From the NCBI RefSeq assembly GCF_037042905.1, contig NW_026974140.1, positions 62,001 through 126,000 of the forward strand: 64,000 nt of DNA. Direction: 5' to 3'. Source of the stretch: Lytechinus pictus. Its lineage: Eukaryota. The notes under the pieces are model-generated. The model had not been told where the DNA came from. It saw only the letters and a list, made by a program, of their open reading frames with translations, and ran no database searches. Positions 37,910 to 51,951 of this stretch are shown piece by piece (within the stretch, counting starts at the first letter, position 1; each line of letters begins with the position of its first letter). Position numbers and translations under genes: made by a program.

Positions 37910-39254
37910 ATTATCTTAACTCACTGCATGTTTGATTTTTTGTTAATGTAAATATGGGGCATGGAATGTTATCTTCATCCTGAATATCTAGTAAGATCTT
38001 TTGAATATTTAAATATGAGCGTCTTACTTAGGCAAGTGGGATATTGAAAATAGTAGATATAAAACGAAGAGATTGACATCGTGGCCTCTGACAGAAGGTC
38101 GAGTGATGTTGTGATTGTGAGGATTGAGTTCCGTGTCCGTCTGGATGTGTACAGCATTCTGTGACTGGATAAAAGATATAACAGACGATGAAAATGACAA
38201 TTAGTGTAATAGAAACAAATGGAGAATCAGAAGGATGAAATTGATATTATTCAAAATTAGCAGCATGTGCTGGCGAGGAAGGCACCCCTAAAAATCATAG
38301 CAATAGTATATACATGTCTTTTTTGTTATAAAACGTCTTAATTGTCATAGAAGTGCCTATAAGAGATGACTCTCGTATCTTACGTCATTATTACATGGAC
38401 TATGAATAGTTTTCATACAGTCTGACACTTATGAAGAAATCCCCTTAAAACAATTACCTCACAGCTATCACATTATAAACATACCAAATCCTAAAGACTA
38501 ATGTGACTATAGTTTTCATAAGAATGTGTTTATTAAAAATGGAAGAGAACACAAAGGGAGTTAGATGTTGAAAATGGAATGAACTTTAGCAGAAATTTCA
38601 CAATGTTTCATAAAATTATTTGTTAAATCATATCAATATTAAGGAAATGTGAAGGAAAGCGAAACATTACACATGGAAATTTAACTAACCTCAGTTCTGA
38701 TGACACAAAGATATCATTAAACTTCCCCTGAAGAAGTCATGTTGTTGCCAAGAATGGGCCTACTGCTTTCATCATTGCTTCTGGAATGTTTAAATGAAAA
38801 GAAGTAAAGAACAGATGTTCAATTATTATATTCATTTTTATCTCTTTTTATCAATCGATGCAGAATATGTCAGGTACAATAAACAAAAAAACAGTTCATT
38901 CATGACAGCTCCTTTACACCATGAAGACCAACAGTGAAACATTGTTCTATACCATATCATCAGTGGCATATGGTAATGGTCAACTTGTCAGTAATTAATG
39001 GTTTATAATGTTTTTTTTTTATTCTGCCTATGCTTGTAAAAAGTAAATCGTTTGTAAGCAGCAGATAAGCATAGAAGCACTACCTCACCTTCTCTTTCTT
39101 CCTGACCTCTATCGTCTATAGTCACTGATGATTGGTATGCTTCTTCTTGCCATTCCCAAATTTAATCGATGACTTAGAAGATTTTTAGCGGACCCATTTT
39201 CATGATCGGCATATTTTTTTCTTTATCCTGTAGACGACCCATCTCTGTAGATAG
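37910..39254 (-). pseudogene. decayed spliced accessory gene of the EnSpm element (SAMD3-like C-terminal motif)
   Basis: Exons 39254-39089, 38780-38690 and 38164-~37910 with GT/AG sites and consistent phase; SSFYIYYFQYPTCLSKTL.F/IQKILLDI motif; several stops. Confidence 0.5.
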
Positions 39255-42064
39255 CTGTGTAAACAAAAATCATCATCGTTTTACTATATCATTATCGTTA
39301 TCAAAGTAATGATACCAAAGCACATGGAATCAGTGCGTCTTATTGGATTGTTATTTTTTATGTGATAAACAAAAATATTAAACTAGCTCCTGCAGTTCGC
39401 CATCGTCATTAGCAACATATATACATCAATTTATGTTGGGGGTCTTTTAAATTACTCGTGGGTTAAATACAAATGGATAAACCTATCGATTATCATCTAT
39501 TTGCATCTGTTCATTTATATAAGCCACTTCTTCGTGAACATTAACCTAATAAATTGACATATTCTCAAGAATGCCTACAGTATGCTGCAATTTCAATTGT
39601 TTGTGGGGAGATTCTGAATAAAGAAAATTTCTTGTTCAGACTTCTTTCCAAACTTATATTGGTACAAGTATAAATGTATTAAACCAACACAATCCAACTT
39701 ACAATGGGGGAACGAGTAAAACATTCCATTTAAAGACTGCATTACAAATACAAAGATCCACCTAATGGAAAATTATTACAAAAATCATATAGGCCTACTT
39801 GATATTTTAGAAATCACAAATAAAGTATAAAACCAGTGATACAACTGAACAATTATAATTATTCTCACAATTTCATATCTAATCTTACAAAGTTAAGAAA
39901 GAAACACAAAGAATTTCCTTTCCTACAAGTAGAAAACACAACAATCTCAAATAACTTGAGCTAAGCTACTATAATATATGAAATATATTTGAATTTCCTT
40001 GAAAAAAGATGCATTCCTGATTGTTAATTTCAAAAATTCCACAAATCAATTTAACGCCTAGATAGTACAGAGTAAAAAAAATATATATAACCGGAAAACC
40101 CCAGCCGAAGTTATCTGCATTATGATTACTCTCCTAAAAATACGAAAATTATCACACTCCTCTAACACCTCACTTATAAATATATTGGAAACACTTAACG
40201 GACAGTGACAGATTTGCACTGTTTCTGTGTGCAAAATATTATTCGTCCTCTTCCAGATTTGTCTCTTTAGGATCGTGCATGATATCGATTTTAAATTAAA
40301 AACAGGAGGAAAGTCGTACTTACGTTGAAATTTTCGATATGGTTCCACTGATTCTTGAAAACAGGCAAAAGATACAGACTTTCAGTAGAATAACTTCAGA
40401 CGTGCTTCCCTGGTCGTATCACACAGCAAAATGATGACCCAAATGATGCATTGTTTGTGAAAACGTTAATTTGAGCGGGCAATTTCCAACTGAAGCAAAA
40501 ACTCCCGCAAAAACTGGCTTAGGATTAAAGGCGAAAGGTCTTTGTATCCAAATAAGCAACTTCTTTGTAGTGCTCAGTGCTACTGCATGTTGACAATTAT
40601 GCATGTGTTTGCTTTTCGAGTTATTCAATACACAGGCTCAGATCCAGTTAGGTCTACCTGTAAACACTGATTGTGGGACATGGGTTAAATATACCTATAG
40701 GAAACATCTTGAAAGAATCAGAACATTAATTGCATGTTGCTCATCTTTCATTTGATCTTTTTTTTTTTTGCTTATGCACTTCAAGATAATCATTGATGTT
40801 TTTTAGAACTTTCTGCATTATTCAACAGATGTCTTGAATCTTTTCTAATAACTATATGATTTAGGCGTACTAATGATCATGCAGAAATTAAAATAGAGGA
40901 CAATGATATATCCAAGAGCTTTCTTAATTTTTTGTGGTGAAGCCAAAAATACTTTAGTTAAACAAAAATAATTATAAAAGCTATTTCATTATCAGCATCT
41001 GACTTGACTTGCCAAAAATTCGACAACCAGGCTGGACAAACTTGTTCGCTATTAAGACAAGTAAGAAACTAAATTTGACCTTGCCTGACAAGCTAAAGGT
41101 TCGCTTGTCTATCTCGATTTACAAGACTCAGACTAGTCTGTCCTTCTTGACAAGCTAAAAGCTAGTCTGTCTAGATTGACAAGTCATAAACAAGTCCGCC
41201 TTGCTTGACAAGCCAGAAGCTAGTCAATCTGGCTTGACAAGCTACAAGCTAGCCCGTCCTGTCTGACAAGCTAAATGCTAGTCTGTCTCGATTGACAAGC
41301 CTTAAACTAGTCACTCCTGCTTGACAAGCCAGAATCTAGTCAATCTGGCTTGACAAGCTACACCCTAGTTCGTCCTGTCTGACAAACTAAAAGCTAGTCT
41401 GTCTCGATTGACAAGCCATAAACTAGTCCGTCCTGCTTGACAAGCCAGGAGCTAGTCCGTCCCTAAACTAGTCCAGCCCCGAAAAGGACATTAGTCGAGC
41501 AATTTCGACTAATTTCAAGCTAGTCCAGCAGGCCGAAAACTGGTCTTAGAGGCTGGACTAGTTTCAAATGCAGGTTTTTCCTAGTCCAGCAGCCTCGACT
41601 AACATGCCAGACTAGTTAAAGTCTAGTCGAGCCTCCGCTTGACTAGTTTAGGTTTTCAGTGTTTGACTACCTTTCAAATTGGAATATTACACACACATAA
41701 TGGCACTATGAAACATAAAATCGTCATTTTAATACTCAAAATAAAAGTTTGTGAAAACTATCAATAATTCGAATTCATTTAACAACTTAAATTCTTCGAT
41801 TTTTTAAATGCATCTATCTATTGAATATACATGTATATCAGTCGTCCTAATGTCACAAATATTAAAAAATTTTCAAGTAAGATGGAAGTATATCATGGTA
41901 CGCTATCCGAAAGGGGACATGCATGATTTATCGGGTGGGCATTTTGAAGGAAAACAAATGTTGTTTAACTATTACCAATGCTGTAAACACTTGACACCAA
42001 TCATACGCCGGGCTGAAATAGTTAACTCATTGAGTGCTTCGTGCACGCTATGTATCCTACTATA

Positions 42065-44837
42065 TAGTCCAGGATAGAAGGGGTCGAACCTTGTTTTTTT
42101 AGATATACAATGTTTTTTAATGGTTTCTTGTCAATTCGAGGGTGCCCATTCCGAATCTGAATGATGCCACTCGTGTAACCTTGAGCGTTTTCTGCAAATT
42201 GGCAAAATCCAATATGGCCGCCAAAATATTCATATTACCCATTAAGATCATAAAATTGTCCACACATTGGCTATAAAGTACATGCAATTGTGCTGCCGGA
42301 GTGAAATAATATCTGAAAAAATGATTTTGGACAAAATATTTATTTTCTTCATATTCAAAATGACCGCCATAGACCCCTGTACAATATGAATAGGGAAAAT
42401 TAATTTTCACAAAAGTGAGCACTGGAATGCAAGTAATAATGATCTATGAGTGAAGAAATGTCTGAAAATAGGATTGCTAACGATATGAACGATATATAAC
42501 ATTTGTTATGTCATGTATGTGATAAATCCTGTATTTTGATATTCAAAATGGCCTCCAAAAGCCCTAACACTATTATGTACAATGTGAATGGTGACAAAAA
42601 AAATCACGAGAGTGACCACTAAAATGCATTTTGTTAAGATAAACGAGCGGAATACTGATTAAAAACATTATTGTTAACGAAATTTATTATTCAACATGCC
42701 ATTTATGTGATATATCATGTATTTTGATATTTAAAATGGCCGCCAAAGGCCCTAAAACTATGATGTACGATGTGAGAGAGGATACAAACAATCACAAGGT
42801 GAGCGCTAAAATGCATGCTTTGTGGTAAATTAGTGGAATACTGTCTTAAAATATTAATTTTCAACGAAATATATTATTCGGGTTTCATGTATTTTGACTT
42901 TCAAAATTGCCGCCAAAGACATTGACTGTATTATGTACAATTGATATGGGAAATCAATTTTCACAGGAGTCAGCACCATAAAATGCATATAATTGTGATT
43001 TAAGAGTAAAATATTGTCTAAAAACATAATTTCTTACAGGATATATCATTTATTCTGCCAGGTAGGGGATAAATAATGTATTTTGAAAGTCAAAATGGCC
43101 GCTACAGGCCATAACGGTAGGTCTAGTATGTATGTGAATGGGAACATATACTTTTAACAGAATTTGGCTTTGCTTGACTAAATGGTGTTACATGTATGAG
43201 TGAAATATCGTCTGAAAATATGATTTCTAACGAAATAGATAATTTCTTATGTTATTTAGGAGATAAATGCTATATTTCAATATTCAAATGGCTGCAATAT
43301 GCTTTTTTTGTAGAAATTATCTTTCCTCATTCAAATTTTACATATTAAGATAAGGGGCTATGGCGGAAATTTTTCAATTTCAAAATGCAGCATTCATCAC
43401 CTTTATGACACAAGCTATGATATATTTCGTTAGAAATCATTGGGTTTAGACAATAGTGAACACTAACATCAAAATTAAGCAATTTTCATAGTAAAAATTA
43501 TGTCAAAATTATCACTCCCCAGTTAAAATGTACATACTACTTTGGGCTATGGCAGCCATTTTGAATCTCAAAGTAAGGCATTTTTTACCTTCTCGACCAA
43601 TATGTGATGTATTTAGTTAGAAATCATGTTCAAGACCAAATTTTACCTATACATCACATAGTTACGTGCGTTTTTGGTTCTCATTCTGGTGAAAATTAGT
43701 TCCCCTATACGCATGATACATAATTTTATAGTAAGGGCTTGTAGCAGCAATTTTTAAAGTCAAAATACAGTATTTATCAACTACATGCTATATTTCATTA
43801 AGAAAAAAATCACGCTTTCAAAAAATATTTTCCTCGTACAACAGAATAATTTGGATTTCACAGTCAGGCAAATCCTAATTCTTTCAAAAGTATTTGTCCC
43901 CATTTACATTGTAGATAATACTGTTAGGGCCCATAGGGGCCATTTTGAATTTTACAATACAGCATTTATCTCATGCATGAAAAAGGAAATGATATGTTTC
44001 GCTAGAAAACATGTTCTTAGACAATATTTCACTCGTAGATTACAATTACATTCATTTTTTTGTTCTTACTCTTTTGAAAATTAGTTTCTTCATTCGCTTT
44101 GTTCATAATACTGATAGGACCTATGGCAGCCATTTTGAATGTCAAAATGCAGCATAATTACCGAAATTGCAAGGGTAATTATATGTTTCGTTAGAAAGCA
44201 TTGTTGTCAGACATTTTTACACCAATATTTCGCAGTTATTTGCATTTTATAGTCAAGCAAATTCAAATGTTGTGAAAATTATTTGTCCCCTCTTATATAT
44301 TTTACACAGTATATATATATAGGGGGTCTATGACAGCCATTTTGAATATCATAATACGGCATTTATCACATTAGATAGTATACAATGACATAGTTATGTT
44401 AATTATCATGTTTTCAGACATTAGTCCACTCGTAGGTCACAATCACATGCAATAATAGTGCTCTTGTTTGAAAATTATTTCCCCCATTCATATTCTACAT
44501 AATAAAGTATACAGAGGTTATGGCGGCCATTTTGAATATCAAAGAAATAAATATTTTGTAAAACATCGCTTTTCCAACGAGTATTTCACTTCTGCACAAC
44601 AACTACATGCATTTTATAGTTAATGTGTGGGCAATTTTATGATTTTCATGGGTAATTTGCATATTTTGGCTGCCATATTGGATTTTGCCAATTTGCGGAA
44701 AATGCTCAAGGTTACAAGAGTTGCATCATTCCGATTCGGAATCAGCACCCTCGAATTGACAAGAAACCATAAAAAAACATTGTATATCTAAAAAAAACAA
44801 GGTTCGACCCCTTCTCTATGGGGCCTATCCTGGACTA
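42065..44837. mobile_element. 2.8-kb palindromic foldback element with TAG termini (Academ-like)
   Basis: TAGTCCAGGATAG ... CTATCCTGGACTA; arms are reverse complements for over 300 bp, then ~190-bp repeats carrying CAAAATGGCCGCC. Confidence 0.75.
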
Positions 44838-47800
44838 ACTTGTTGGGGAGGGAAGATGAGTGGATTGGCGCTGATTAGAGATTGGGAGACATGTGCCCTC
44901 TATGTTAGCTTTGGGAAAGGGCACTTCCAAACAACAAGGTCCAATCTGGACTAGCCACACTCGTGCTCGCACGCCTACTATTGATTGCTTTGTGCTTGCA
45001 TTGTTTCCTACCCTCGCCTGCTTCGTGCATGACTGCGCACATTCGGAATTGCAATCATTGTTACGCCGTTTTGCATTGTATTGCGCATCGCATGCACGAC
45101 GTAATAAGCACTATTGTGTGCAGTGCGAACTCTGCTTTCTGACAGATCAACTTACTCACGTGGTGTACATTCGACTTTTCGAGTATTTCTACATTTTTAC
45201 AAGATATGGCTCCGCCTCCGAGAGGGAAGAGACCTAGGTTTTTTGATCCATACAAAACACTCCACAAAATGGAACTACTTGATACAACTCATATTTTAAC
45301 GGTAAAGATAATAACCAATCCATGTAATGAGGACACCATTATAAGAAGTATGAAATTTCCTACAACTTTACTACACACTATTTTGTGGATAAACTAATCG
45401 TTAGAGAGTTAGAAGCAATTGTAATCATGACTATTGAAAGGAGTGAATACGACTCACGATCCCAAAATCAATGTGGCACAGGAGGGTTTAGTGGCTGGCA
45501 CAGGGGATTAGCATCGGATTCGCAAAAAATCTCTATGTATATAAAAAAGTAAAAAATAAAACTTCACTGCGCAAAAATGTGGCATAATCTGATAATAACA
45601 AAATTATTGATTTTTTTTTAATTTAGCATTGTGAAAACAGTTATGTATGCCGTCATATAGGTGGGCTAATGATATCATGTTCCTACCTTCTTTTCTGTTA
45701 CATGAAATTGAATTTATTTGAAGTTTTGTTATACAATAGCCAATAGGGAGGAGCGGAAAATAACTTTCTCTATATTTCCCTCCGTAATCATGATAAAGGA
45801 TAAATTATGTGAGCGCGAGCTGAGAAATTTTGATATTCCGATCTGAAAAGGGGGAAATTTAACAGAAAAACAGATCACACCTTTTCAATGATGCGAGCTC
45901 GAAGTGCATGCTATCTAAAACTATTTGATATTCCGACCTAGGACTATTCGTAGGAATTTATGAAAAAGATATATATCTCATTAAATAATTGGCCTAATGA
46001 GAGTGCGATCTTTAAATATATGTTCAGGCGTGAAAATGGGACATTTTACAGGTTTTAAGCACCTTTTGTAATCCTGAACAGGGTGCGCGTGTTAATGAAT
46101 ATTTTCAACTTTTAATTTGCGCGCGAAACGCGAGTCGAAATCTGTTATAAACTAATATGAAAAGGAGATTTTAAGTAGTATTTAGAATGAATATAAAAGT
46201 ATACATAAAATGCAAGTACGCAGAGCTATGACTTTTGACAATTAGACCTGAAAAGGAATTGTTACAATGGTTGACAGAACCTAGCTGCTACACCAAATAA
46301 ATTTGCCTAGTCGTGTAAGTAAGGTTTTCAACCCACTGCAAGATAAAAGTTCATATAAGTATAAACGGACAAAGTGGATTATAATCACCTTCACATTTAT
46401 TTTACAGACGTTACCAAAATAGTTGAGTCAGAAATAGCCGGTTTCCGGTGTATCATTACATTTTAACCATCAAAAATATATAACCTAGAGTGCCTAGCGA
46501 ATTAATTTATACGTTTTCATTGCAGATGACCATTAAGAATTTGCTATTATGACGGATCTTTAAATTTTTATGGAAATGTTTTTTAAAACAAAATACCATG
46601 TATATTGTCAATATACATTACTCAATATACACTACTCAATATTGCTCTAAAATGATACCAGTGTGCCTGTGACAAGAGATTTCTCTTATCACAGGCACAC
46701 TATAACGAATTGCTTCTTGGACTTTACTTGTTGGAATACCAATGCCTTGCTCTACCGTGTATACTGAAATTACTTAATTGCAATTCTCAATCTAGGGAAA
46801 ACTGAACAATTGCGGGACTCTTTGCTCGGATTGTAAGCTCAGACACCAATGATGATATAGGACACACTTCGTAATTCCGAAGCTTCGTAATTCCAAAGCT
46901 TCGTAATTCCGAAGGTTCGTAATTCCGAAACACGTAAATTGCCTATACCTCGATGTTCGTTAATCCGAAAACGAAAAAGGGTTCGTTAATCCGAACATTT
47001 GTGGCGTTATTCCGACGGTTCGTTATTCCGAAGGTTCGATAGTCCGAAAACGAAATAAGGTTCGTTGTTCCGAAGGTTCGATAATCCGAAAACGAAATAA
47101 GGTTCGTTAATCCAGAAAATGAAAACCGGGAAAGCAGAGGCAGAGGCAAAGGGGGGGGGGGAGCGGGGGACACTGTTGTCGTTCAATTGTTGTGAGGATG
47201 GGAAGGCAAGGGCGGCCGAGCGAATTTTCGTTCGGGGGATAAAGCCAAAAAATGAAACTCATACGTCAAAATGGGCACTTTGGTGATATTTTCACCTTAA
47301 GATTATCATCTGCTTGAAGTCATTGTGTGTTTGATAGTAATTAAGTAGAGAAAAAGTTTTTTAAGTGACTTCTTATTATGGCAAAATGTATATTTAGGCT
47401 TTATTTTTCGGGAGAGAGTATAATGAGCGAGTGGTTTGGTAAACAAAATTAAAGGTGAAGCTGTAAAACTCGTTTTGGGGGTCAAATATTCTTAAAATGG
47501 CATTATTGCGAGGTGTTGCGAGCGTGAATCACAAGCTAAAACTTAAGGGTATTTCAATAAAAAATGAAAATAAGTTTATAAAATCCGAGCAGATTTCTGC
47601 TGTCATTAAAAAGATGTGCATCTAACTAAAGAATTAACACGAGCGCAAAACGCGAGCTTAAACATACTGACCAGAAAAGGAACCTGTTAAAGAAATCATT
47701 TAGTGACCTCTTTAGGATACATATTTCTCCAATCGAATAATTGAGAGTGCGAAGCGGAAGCTGAAAATTTGCAATATTCCAGCCTGAAAAAATTAACTTG

Positions 47801-48589
47801 TATACTTTAAAAAGAGTATTTTATTTCGAAAAACAGCATATTCATTTTTGAAAAAGGAACTTTCCCATTTTGGAAAAATATGCATTTCCCTGTTTTTTAT
47901 TTCATTTTGGGGGTACAAGTGCCCCCTGCCTCCCTCCCAGCGGATCCAACTTTTTTCAAATAGGAGGGGTAATTTTTTTTTTCAGCCATATTTTCCTCGA
48001 TCGGCAGCTTAAAGTTGATTTTTGTTTGTTTCTTTGAAAGGGTAGTCCTAACAGTCAATAATTAGCTTTATACTTATAAAATAAAGTAAATATTTAATAA
48101 CATGATAAACCCTTTTTAAATAATGCGAGCGCGAGCTATATATTTGTTAATATGACGGGCAATATGTTTGTGATCTTCAAAACGAGATGCCTATGTAACT
48201 AGATAATAACTGCTAGCAAGAAGCGCGAACAGAAATTTTAAATATAAGCTCTGACCTGATCTAAAGGGGACATTTTAAGAACTTTTTGCAGTTAGCCATG
48301 AAGACGATGCGTGTTTCAACCAGTGGCGGCGGAACGTATTTTCCTTTTTTTTTCTTGGGGGGGGGGGGGGTGCAAAGCCAAAAAAGGGGCCAATAGAGGC
48401 ATTTTGGTGCAAACGGATATTTTCTCCATAAGATTATCATCTGTGTAAAGAGGTTGTGTGTTTTGTAGTAATTAAGTTGAGCAATATTTTTTCAAGTGAT
48501 CTCTGATTGATTCTGCGAGCGTAGCGAGCAAGCGGTTTGGGGGAAAAAAATTAAATCTGAAGATGTAAATTTCATGTAGGCCTAAAATG

Positions 48590-48876
48590 ATAATAATGAT
48601 AATAATGATATGGATATTATTTACCCAGGGAAGCCACTTCAGTTCTAAAAACTGTTCTTCCAGCTATTATTATTATCCCGGCTTTAGCTGGGCTGCCTAG
48701 GCGCCCAAAGGAAGGCATTCACGAATTTCTACCGGATGCCCATTCACCTCACATGGGTTGAGTGCAGCACAGTGTGAATAAATTTCTTGCTGAAGGAAAT
48801 AATGCCATGACTTGGATTCGAACCTACGACCCTCTGCCTTAAAGCCAGAAGACTTATCCACTGGGCTAAAACGCCC
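48590..48876 (-). mobile_element. tRNA-derived SINE
   Basis: Minus strand A box TAGCCCAGTGG, B box GGTTCGAATCC, central CACTGTGCTGCACTCAACCCA.GTGAGGTGAATGGG domain, (ATT/ATC)n tail. Confidence 0.85.
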
Positions 48877-51177
48877 CACATAAAAAGTAAACGTTCCGAT
48901 TTTATTTCGTAATCATGAAAAAAGGATGTGAATTTAAATAAAGAATCAAACGCGAGCGCGAAGCGCGAGCAGAAATTTTTCATATACTGACCAGGAAAGG
49001 AACCTTTTGCATTTGGTGACTCATGAATGGGATATGTGTTAGGCCTACATATCTCACCAATCGATAAATGCAAGCACGAAGCTCGAGGTGAAAATTTGTG
49101 ATATTCTATCCATGAAACTGGATATTCTGGGAATTCTATTTCACCAGGATCTGAATGACTACCTTAATGAGCAATAATTAGTGCGAGCGCAAAACGCGAA
49201 CCAAATATGTGTGATATTCTAACCTTAAAAGTGGACATGCATGTTTTGTTACCAAGAACTGGACGAATACCTTATACCAAATAAAACCTGATGAGGAGCG
49301 AGCTTTTTTTTTTTTTGTTGTTGAAATTTCATGATGGCCATTAACAAGATGCGTATGGAAATAATTACTTCGAGCGAAAAGTGCGAGCTAAAATTTTAGA
49401 TGAACTGCCATAAAGAGGGATTTTAAATAGTTTGTAAAAATTCATATAGAAGTCGTCCTTTACATGTTAATGAAAATGCGCGTAGTGCCAGTTGATAAGT
49501 TTTGACGATCAGACTTGAAAAGGAATGTTTTGAGAAGTTCATGAAATACATTAATAGAATAAATACTTCAAAGAATAAATAATGGAAGACTCGATTCGTT
49601 GTAGAGAGTTTCCCCGTAGTAAATGCGAAAACTCTTTGTAATATCATAGGGCACAACTTTTTGAATGTCGAACTTGTGGTAAAGCTCCAACCTCATGAAA
49701 ATTAAGTCAGAATGCCAGCGTGTTCGAAAAATTATCCATTGCTACATCCCTCGAGCTGCCAATTCTCTCTATAATTTGTCAGGGGGTGGTAAAGTGGCAT
49801 CCAAATAGAAATCTCGCAGTGTGAAATTTTAAGGATGCCACTTTTTCTTTTGTGAACGATATTAATGTTTAACTCGTTATAATCATACGACCGTTGATTA
49901 CGACGATGTCGAAATTAATCATAAAAAAGATGTGATTCTGTTTCTGTTTATGGTAACCCCTGTAGGAACTCGATAGGACATTTTTTTTGCTGGTATATAA
50001 CCAATTACGTAAGAAAAATTTTACGTCTAGATTGATCTGTCACAGTGGCTGAAGTTATAAACGACATATATTACTCTCGGGTATTTGCGTAGGGGAAGAT
50101 GTCGGGGAGGGGGGGGGGGTGCGGGCAGGTCGACATTTTGATGATGACGACGTCAATGGTGATGATGTAATGCTAGTAACAAAAAGTAATGGTAATATTA
50201 TCTAGTTTGATTAAAAATATTATTGTATATACATGTATATTACTATTATTGTATATCTTAGTAAATAAAGAGGCTTTAATAAAAGGAAATTGTAATTTTT
50301 AAAAAAAAAATTGGCATCAATCATATGTGTTTAAGATCGCAAGCTGGCTCTGTAATGGAAATCACAAGTAAAAAACAAATGGAATCAGTGAGATTCGAAC
50401 TTGCCATTTACTGTTTGACAAGCAGCAATTTAACCACCACTGACGGTATTCTGCGGGACATAATCATGTCGTATTATTTTACTACACGTTTCATTTTTTA
50501 TCAACATTACTTTTTCTAAAGAGAGCCACGTAGTATGGGGATATAGAGTACACCTGTGAGAGTTATAAGGCAGGGTAGGTTTTCAGTGCAATTCTTGCAT
50601 ATTTTACCCATGATCAGTCTTCTGGAAATGCCTCTTTTCGCCAAAGAAAAACGATGAACATGAGTTACCATCCCATCCCCTTCCTTCATCAGCAGAGCGA
50701 AATTCCATGAGCGGGGGAGGGGGGGGGGGCTGTACGGATTTGCCTTAGCCCCCCCCCCCCTCCTTCTTTGAAAATTCTGCATCCATCCGTTTTTAGGGGG
50801 TCAGCACCACATATAAACCATCCCAATGGTGCAAGTGCACCATATAAAAAAATGCCCTTCGTAGTAGGGACGACGAGAAACAAAACAAGGGATGTAAAAC
50901 AACTACAAAACTTGTCACAGGATCGGTCATGCCTAATTGTTAGATGTTCTATTCATAAATAAATGAAATGGCAGATCTACGGCCTCACGTCGCCCCCGGC
51001 CCCCTCCCCACACACACACACTTGTGTTAACTAATATATGCATGTCGATACTCCATACGCAGAGTCGTTGAAAATGAAGACAAATATGCATTCAGGAGAT
51101 CCTTTTTTTAAGTTTAATTATTCAATCTTCAATATTTAAACAGGACGGCCTGATCAACAACAAAAAATACAATATAT

Positions 51178-51951
51178 GAAGTGCTCACTTGCAAAAGGGG
51201 TTAGGTCAATTTTTCATCAAGTTTGATTTTTTGGTCTCAATGTATAGATTTTTAGTAGCTCTGAGATAATACCAAAGAAAAGTTGAAATTCCTATTTAAA
51301 AGTGAACAAAAATGGCAAAGAAATATAATTTTTTTTTCAAAAGGGGTTAGGTCCATTTCAGTTTAGTTGCAAAAGGGATTAGGTCCACACCGAATTTGTT
51401 TGGAAAATAATATTTTAAAAAATATGAATAAAGGTAGATTTATTTTATATCCAATTTTATGTTGTCATGGTAGGGAATCTTGACAATTTAGTTTCGCATC
51501 AGAATATGCAATATAGGAGAATAAAAAAAATTATTTGTCATTTGTCAAAAGGGGTGAGGTCCATTGTTCATAAATTTTATTGTTTTCTGTTTCAAAACCT
51601 CTGAATTTTTAGTCGCTTTGATGAAAACAAAGAAAATTTGAAATTTACATGAAAACGTGAAAAAAAGTGGCAAAGAAAAATCACGTTTTTTTATCAAAAT
51701 AGATTGAATTAATTTCAGTTTTCTTGCAAAAGGGCTTAGGTCCACAATGATAATTTTTAAAAGAATTTATAGAAAAAAAATTGAAGACAGGTAAATTTCT
51801 TTTATACCCAATTTTATGTTCACATGATAGGGTATTACATCATGACAATTCAGTTTCTCATAAGAATATTGCAGTAAGTGAGAATAAAAAAACATGTTTT
51901 TTCTCAGAATGGTCCAAAGTGGACCTAAGCCCTTTTGCAACTAAACTCTTC
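51178..51951. mobile_element. Sola-like MITE, copy 1
   Basis: GAAG...TTGCAAAAGGGGTTAGGTC TIRs; 4-bp ATAT TSD; internal repeats of AAAAGGGGTTAGGTCC. Confidence 0.7.

Larger units (their letters stand above)
30213..41661. mobile_element. CMC/EnSpm (CACTG) DNA transposon, non-autonomous
   Basis: TIR CACTGAAAACC ... GGTTTTCAGTG; 2-bp TT TSD; dense GACTAG/GACAAG subterminal repeats at 30238-30710 and 41005-41650; the flanks rejoin into a unit resembling 27870-28010 plus 29370-29630. Confidence 0.85.

Noticed and set aside
48805..48876. tRNA gene
   Set aside because: The tRNA-like head continues into a SINE body and tail and has no good cloverleaf
50385..50445. tRNA-like A/B boxes on the minus strand
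   Set aside because: Too degenerate; at most a SINE-head remnant
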